Shown here: one piece after another, positions 61,041 through 64,000 of the stretch | How the letters are laid out: each line of letters starts with the position of its first letter | Numbering within the stretch: the stretch's first letter is position 1 | Assembly (NCBI GenBank): GCA_963734495.1 | Contig: CAVTHK010000010.1 | Location: forward strand, 256,001-320,000 | Direction of reading: 5' to 3' | Source: an uncultured Spirochaetota bacterium | GTDB taxonomy: Bacteria > Spirochaetota > Spirochaetia > SZUA-6 > CAVTHK01 | DNA length: 64,000 bases | Translations under genes and position numbers: made by a program | Notes under the pieces: model-generated | What the model was told of the DNA's origin: nothing | Seen by the model: the letters and a program-made list of their open reading frames with translations, nothing else | The model's database searches: none

Positions 61041-62606
61041 ATGAGCGCGCACCTGGTCATCGGCATCGACTGCAGCACGACGGGCTGCAAGGCCATCGCG
61101 TGGGACAGGACGGGCCGCCCCGCGGCCGAAGGACGGGCGGCCTTCGAGATGGTCCAACCCCACCCGGCCTGGTACGAGCAGGACGCCGAGATGTGGTGGG
61201 GCGGGACGGTCAGCGCCCTTCGCGACCTCGCGGGCCGGGTCGACATCCGCGGCGTGGAGGCGCTCTCCATCACCCACCAGCGCGAGAGCTTCGTCCCCGT
61301 CGACGGTCGCGGCCGGCCCCTGCGCAACGCGATCCTCTGGCTCGACGAGCGCGCGCGCCTGCAGGTGGCGGGCATCGAGCGGCGGCTCGGCGCCGAGCTC
61401 ATCCACCGCACCACCGGAAGGCCCCCGTCGATGATCCCGGCGCTGCCCAAGATCCTCTGGCTGGCGGAGAATGAGCCGGACATATTGAAGAAGGCCGCCC
61501 GCATCCTCGACTGCCACGCATTCCTGGTCCACCGCCTATGCGGTGTTTGGCGCACGAGCCTCGCTTCGGCCGACCCCCTCGGCCTCGTCGACATGGAGCG
61601 CGGCCGCTGGTGGGAGGCGGCGCTCCCCGAAGTCGGCCTCGACCCGCGTCAGCTGCCCGACATCGTGCCGCCGGGCGCGGCCATCGGCAGCGTCGGCACG
61701 GAGGCCGCGGCCGCGACCGGGCTGCCGCGGGGCCTGCCGGTCTTTGCCGGCGGCGGCGACGGGCAGTGCGCGGGGCTAGGCGCGGGGGCCACCGATCCGC
61801 GGCGGCCGTACCTGAACATGGGCACGGCGGTCGTGGCGGGAGCGTGGTCCGCCCGTTATCTCACCGACCGCGCCTTCCGTACGCTGAGCGCCCCCGCCGC
61901 GGGGGCCTTCTTCCTCGAGACCTGCCTCAAGGGCGGCGTCTACACGGTCGGCTGGTTCGCGGAGAGGTGGGCCCGCGACCTGGGCGCCGCGCCGGAGCCC
62001 GCGCTGGAGCGGGAGGCCGCATCCGTGCCCGAGGGCGCCGACGGGCTGCTGCTGGTCCCCTACTGGCATAACGTGCTGAACCCTTACTGGGACCCCGCGG
62101 CGACGGGAATCACGATCGGGTGGACCGGGACGCACGGCCGCGGCCATTTCTACCGCGCCCTCCTGGAGGGCATCGCGTACGAGCAACGCCTCGCGGGCGA
62201 CGGGGTCATGGCCGCGCTGGGACACCGATTCGACGAGTATGTCATCCTGGGCGGGGGCAGCCGCAGCGGGCTCTGGTGCCGGATCATGGCCGACGTAACG
62301 GGAGTGCCCGCGGTGCGCGCAGCCGAGAGCGAAGCGACCTGCCTCGGCGCCGGCATCCTTGCGGCGGCGGGCGCCGGCTGGTACCCCGACGCCCTCGCGG
62401 CTGCCGCGTCGATGACGCGCACGGGCGAGCGCTTCGAGCCCGACCCGGGCCGTGCCGCCGCCTACGACCGCATCTACCGCGAGGTCTACCGCCCGCTCTT
62501 TCCGGCGGTTCAGCCGCTCGTCGACCGGCTCACGGAGATCACCGACGCCATGCGCGAAGCCGGCCCTACCAGTCCGCGCGGCGAACAGGCAGCGGGTCGG
62601 CCGTGA
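61041..62606 (+). CDS. FGGY-family carbohydrate kinase (xylulokinase-like)
   Basis: IGIDCSTT, HQRES, ILWLDER, GGGDGQ, LEGIA and GGGSRS. Confidence 0.92.
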   Translation: MSAHLVIGIDCSTTGCKAIAWDRTGRPAAEGRAAFEMVQPHPAWYEQDAEMWWGGTVSALRDLAGRVDIRGVEALSITHQRESFVPVDGRGRPLRNAILWLDERARLQVAGIERRLGAELIHRTTGRPPSMIPALPKILWLAENEPDILKKAARILDCHAFLVHRLCGVWRTSLASADPLGLVDMERGRWWEAALPEVGLDPRQLPDIVPPGAAIGSVGTEAAAATGLPRGLPVFAGGGDGQCAGLGAGATDPRRPYLNMGTAVVAGAWSARYLTDRAFRTLSAPAAGAFFLETCLKGGVYTVGWFAERWARDLGAAPEPALEREAASVPEGADGLLLVPYWHNVLNPYWDPAATGITIGWTGTHGRGHFYRALLEGIAYEQRLAGDGVMAALGHRFDEYVILGGGSRSGLWCRIMADVTGVPAVRAAESEATCLGAGILAAAGAGWYPDALAAAASMTRTGERFEPDPGRAAAYDRIYREVYRPLFPAVQPLVDRLTEITDAMREAGPTSPRGEQAAGRP

Positions 62607-64000
62607 AGGCCATGCGGTTCGCCAGGCGCAGCAGCATGTCGGACCTGAGGCCCGCGTGCGCCGGCGAGCTCCACAGGTTGCGCGTTTCCGAGGGATCGGC
62701 CTCGAGGTCATAGAGCTCCCCGGTGCTGTTCCCGTGGTCGACGGCGATCTTGGCGCCTGCCGTGCGCACCATCGTCACCTGGGCGGTCGGGTCGCGGTGC
62801 CAGGGCATCGCGTTGTAGTACTCCGAGTAGACGTCATCCCGATGGCGGTCCGCCGGCGCGGCCCCCGTGAGCAGCGGCCAGAGCGAGCGCCCCTGCATCC
62901 CGGGGTGATGCGGCAGCCCGGCCGCATCGAGGAGCGTCTGCGCCAGGTCCGTCAGCTCCACAAGCGCCGTCGCTCGCCGGGCCGCGATCGTGCCGGGCCA
63001 CGACACGATGAGCGGGACGCGAACCGCGGGCTCGTAGAAGTAGGGTCCCTTGAGGTAGATGCCGTGGTCGCCCAGCATCTCGCCGTGATCGCTCATGAAG
63101 ATGACGATCGTGTTCTCCGCCTGTCCCGTGCGCTCGAGCTCGTCGAGCATGCGGCCCACCTGCACGTCGATGAGGTCGCACATGGCCCAGTAGGCGGCGC
63201 GCACAACGCGGTGGTCCCTGGCCGTCATCTTGTCGTAGGGAAAGCCGGCCTTGCCGCCGTACGCTCCCTCGTGATCGATGCGCTGGTAGACCGGCTTGTC
63301 CGCGAGCTCGCCTTCGACGTACCGCGGCAGCGGGATGTCGTCGAGCCGCTCGAGGTAGCGGGCCAGGTATTCCACGGGCGGGTCGAAGGCGTGGTGCGGA
63401 TCGAAGACGTTCACGGAGAACAGCCACGGACGCTCGAAGCGCGCCGCGTTGCGCATGAACTCGATGGCTTTTTCGGCGCAGAAGGTCGTCGGGTGATCCG
63501 CCTCGGGCGCCCCGTCGCGCACCCACTTCGAGTGCGGCGAGACAGGCCGCTTGATCTCGCGCCCCTTCGCCCTCACCCACTGGTGATACTCGTTGGTCGC
63601 CCAGATGTCCTCGGGATCGTGGGACCAGCGGAAGACGTCGTACCCGTCGTCGATGCGGCGCTCGGTGCCCTTGCAGACGGACGGGTTGCAGGCGGAGAGG
63701 TGCAGCTTGCCCGAGAGCCCGCAGACGTACCCGGCGTCGTGCAGGAGCCGCGTCACGAGCACCTCTTCGGCGGGGATGTCCGCGCCGTTCTGCCGCGCGC
63801 GGCAGGTGCGCGGGTACCGGCCGGTGAGGAAGCTGCCGCGGCTCGGCGTGCAGATGGGGCTCTGAACAAACGCGCGCTCGAAGAGAGCGCCCGAAGCGGC
63901 GAGCCGGTCGATGCAGGGCGTGCGCACCCAGGGGTTGCCGTAGCAGCCGAGGGCGTCGAAGCGCTGCTGGTCGGTGCAGATCCAGAGGATGTTGGGCTGC
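62566..64000 (-). CDS. Sulfatase (5' end beyond the window)
   Basis: QPNILWICTDQQR at the edge, CTPSRGSFLTG active-site motif, GKLH, PHH and SDHGEMLGDHG. Confidence 0.93.
   Translation of the reverse strand, partial: QPNILWICTDQQRFDALGCYGNPWVRTPCIDRLAASGALFERAFVQSPICTPSRGSFLTGRYPRTCRARQNGADIPAEEVLVTRLLHDAGYVCGLSGKLHLSACNPSVCKGTERRIDDGYDVFRWSHDPEDIWATNEYHQWVRAKGREIKRPVSPHSKWVRDGAPEADHPTTFCAEKAIEFMRNAARFERPWLFSVNVFDPHHAFDPPVEYLARYLERLDDIPLPRYVEGELADKPVYQRIDHEGAYGGKAGFPYDKMTARDHRVVRAAYWAMCDLIDVQVGRMLDELERTGQAENTIVIFMSDHGEMLGDHGIYLKGPYFYEPAVRVPLIVSWPGTIAARRATALVELTDLAQTLLDAAGLPHHPGMQGRSLWPLLTGAAPADRHRDDVYSEYYNAMPWHRDPTAQVTMVRTAGAKIAVDHGNSTGELYDLEADPSETRNLWSSPAHAGLRSDMLLRLANRMAFTADPLPVRRADW

Overview
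Bacterial chromosomal DNA of high GC (roughly 70% by eye), densely packed with about 58 genes and no recognisable rRNA, tRNA, CRISPR array, transposase, integrase or phage gene. Content is mainly nutrient scavenging and housekeeping: a BMP-family nucleoside ABC operon, a Ugp-like ABC transporter with 5'-nucleotidase, DeoR regulator and two glycerophosphodiesterases, GH2/GH3/GH42 glycosidases, a Liv ABC operon, a sulfatase and a formylglycine-generating enzyme, plus scattered DNA-repair-like genes. A Spirochaetia-like origin is a tentative inference (ASGKQE-type signal peptide, long double-domain NDK, MFS-HEAT fusion). About 16 genes are broken by small indels, mostly at 36.6-57 kb, which looks like long-read assembly error rather than real pseudogenisation. 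I cannot show a complete novel system. The best leads are: two tandem arrays of hairpin-forming units (42 bp and 50 bp); a stand-alone PolX N-terminal (dRP-lyase-like) protein; a glycerophosphodiesterase with a histone H1-like tail; a flavin reductase-UroD-like-DUF2264 operon; a MarR-GET3/HSP20 pair; a nested inverted repeat near 32.1 kb; and repeated leaderless promoter architecture. All family calls come from motif recognition, not database searches.
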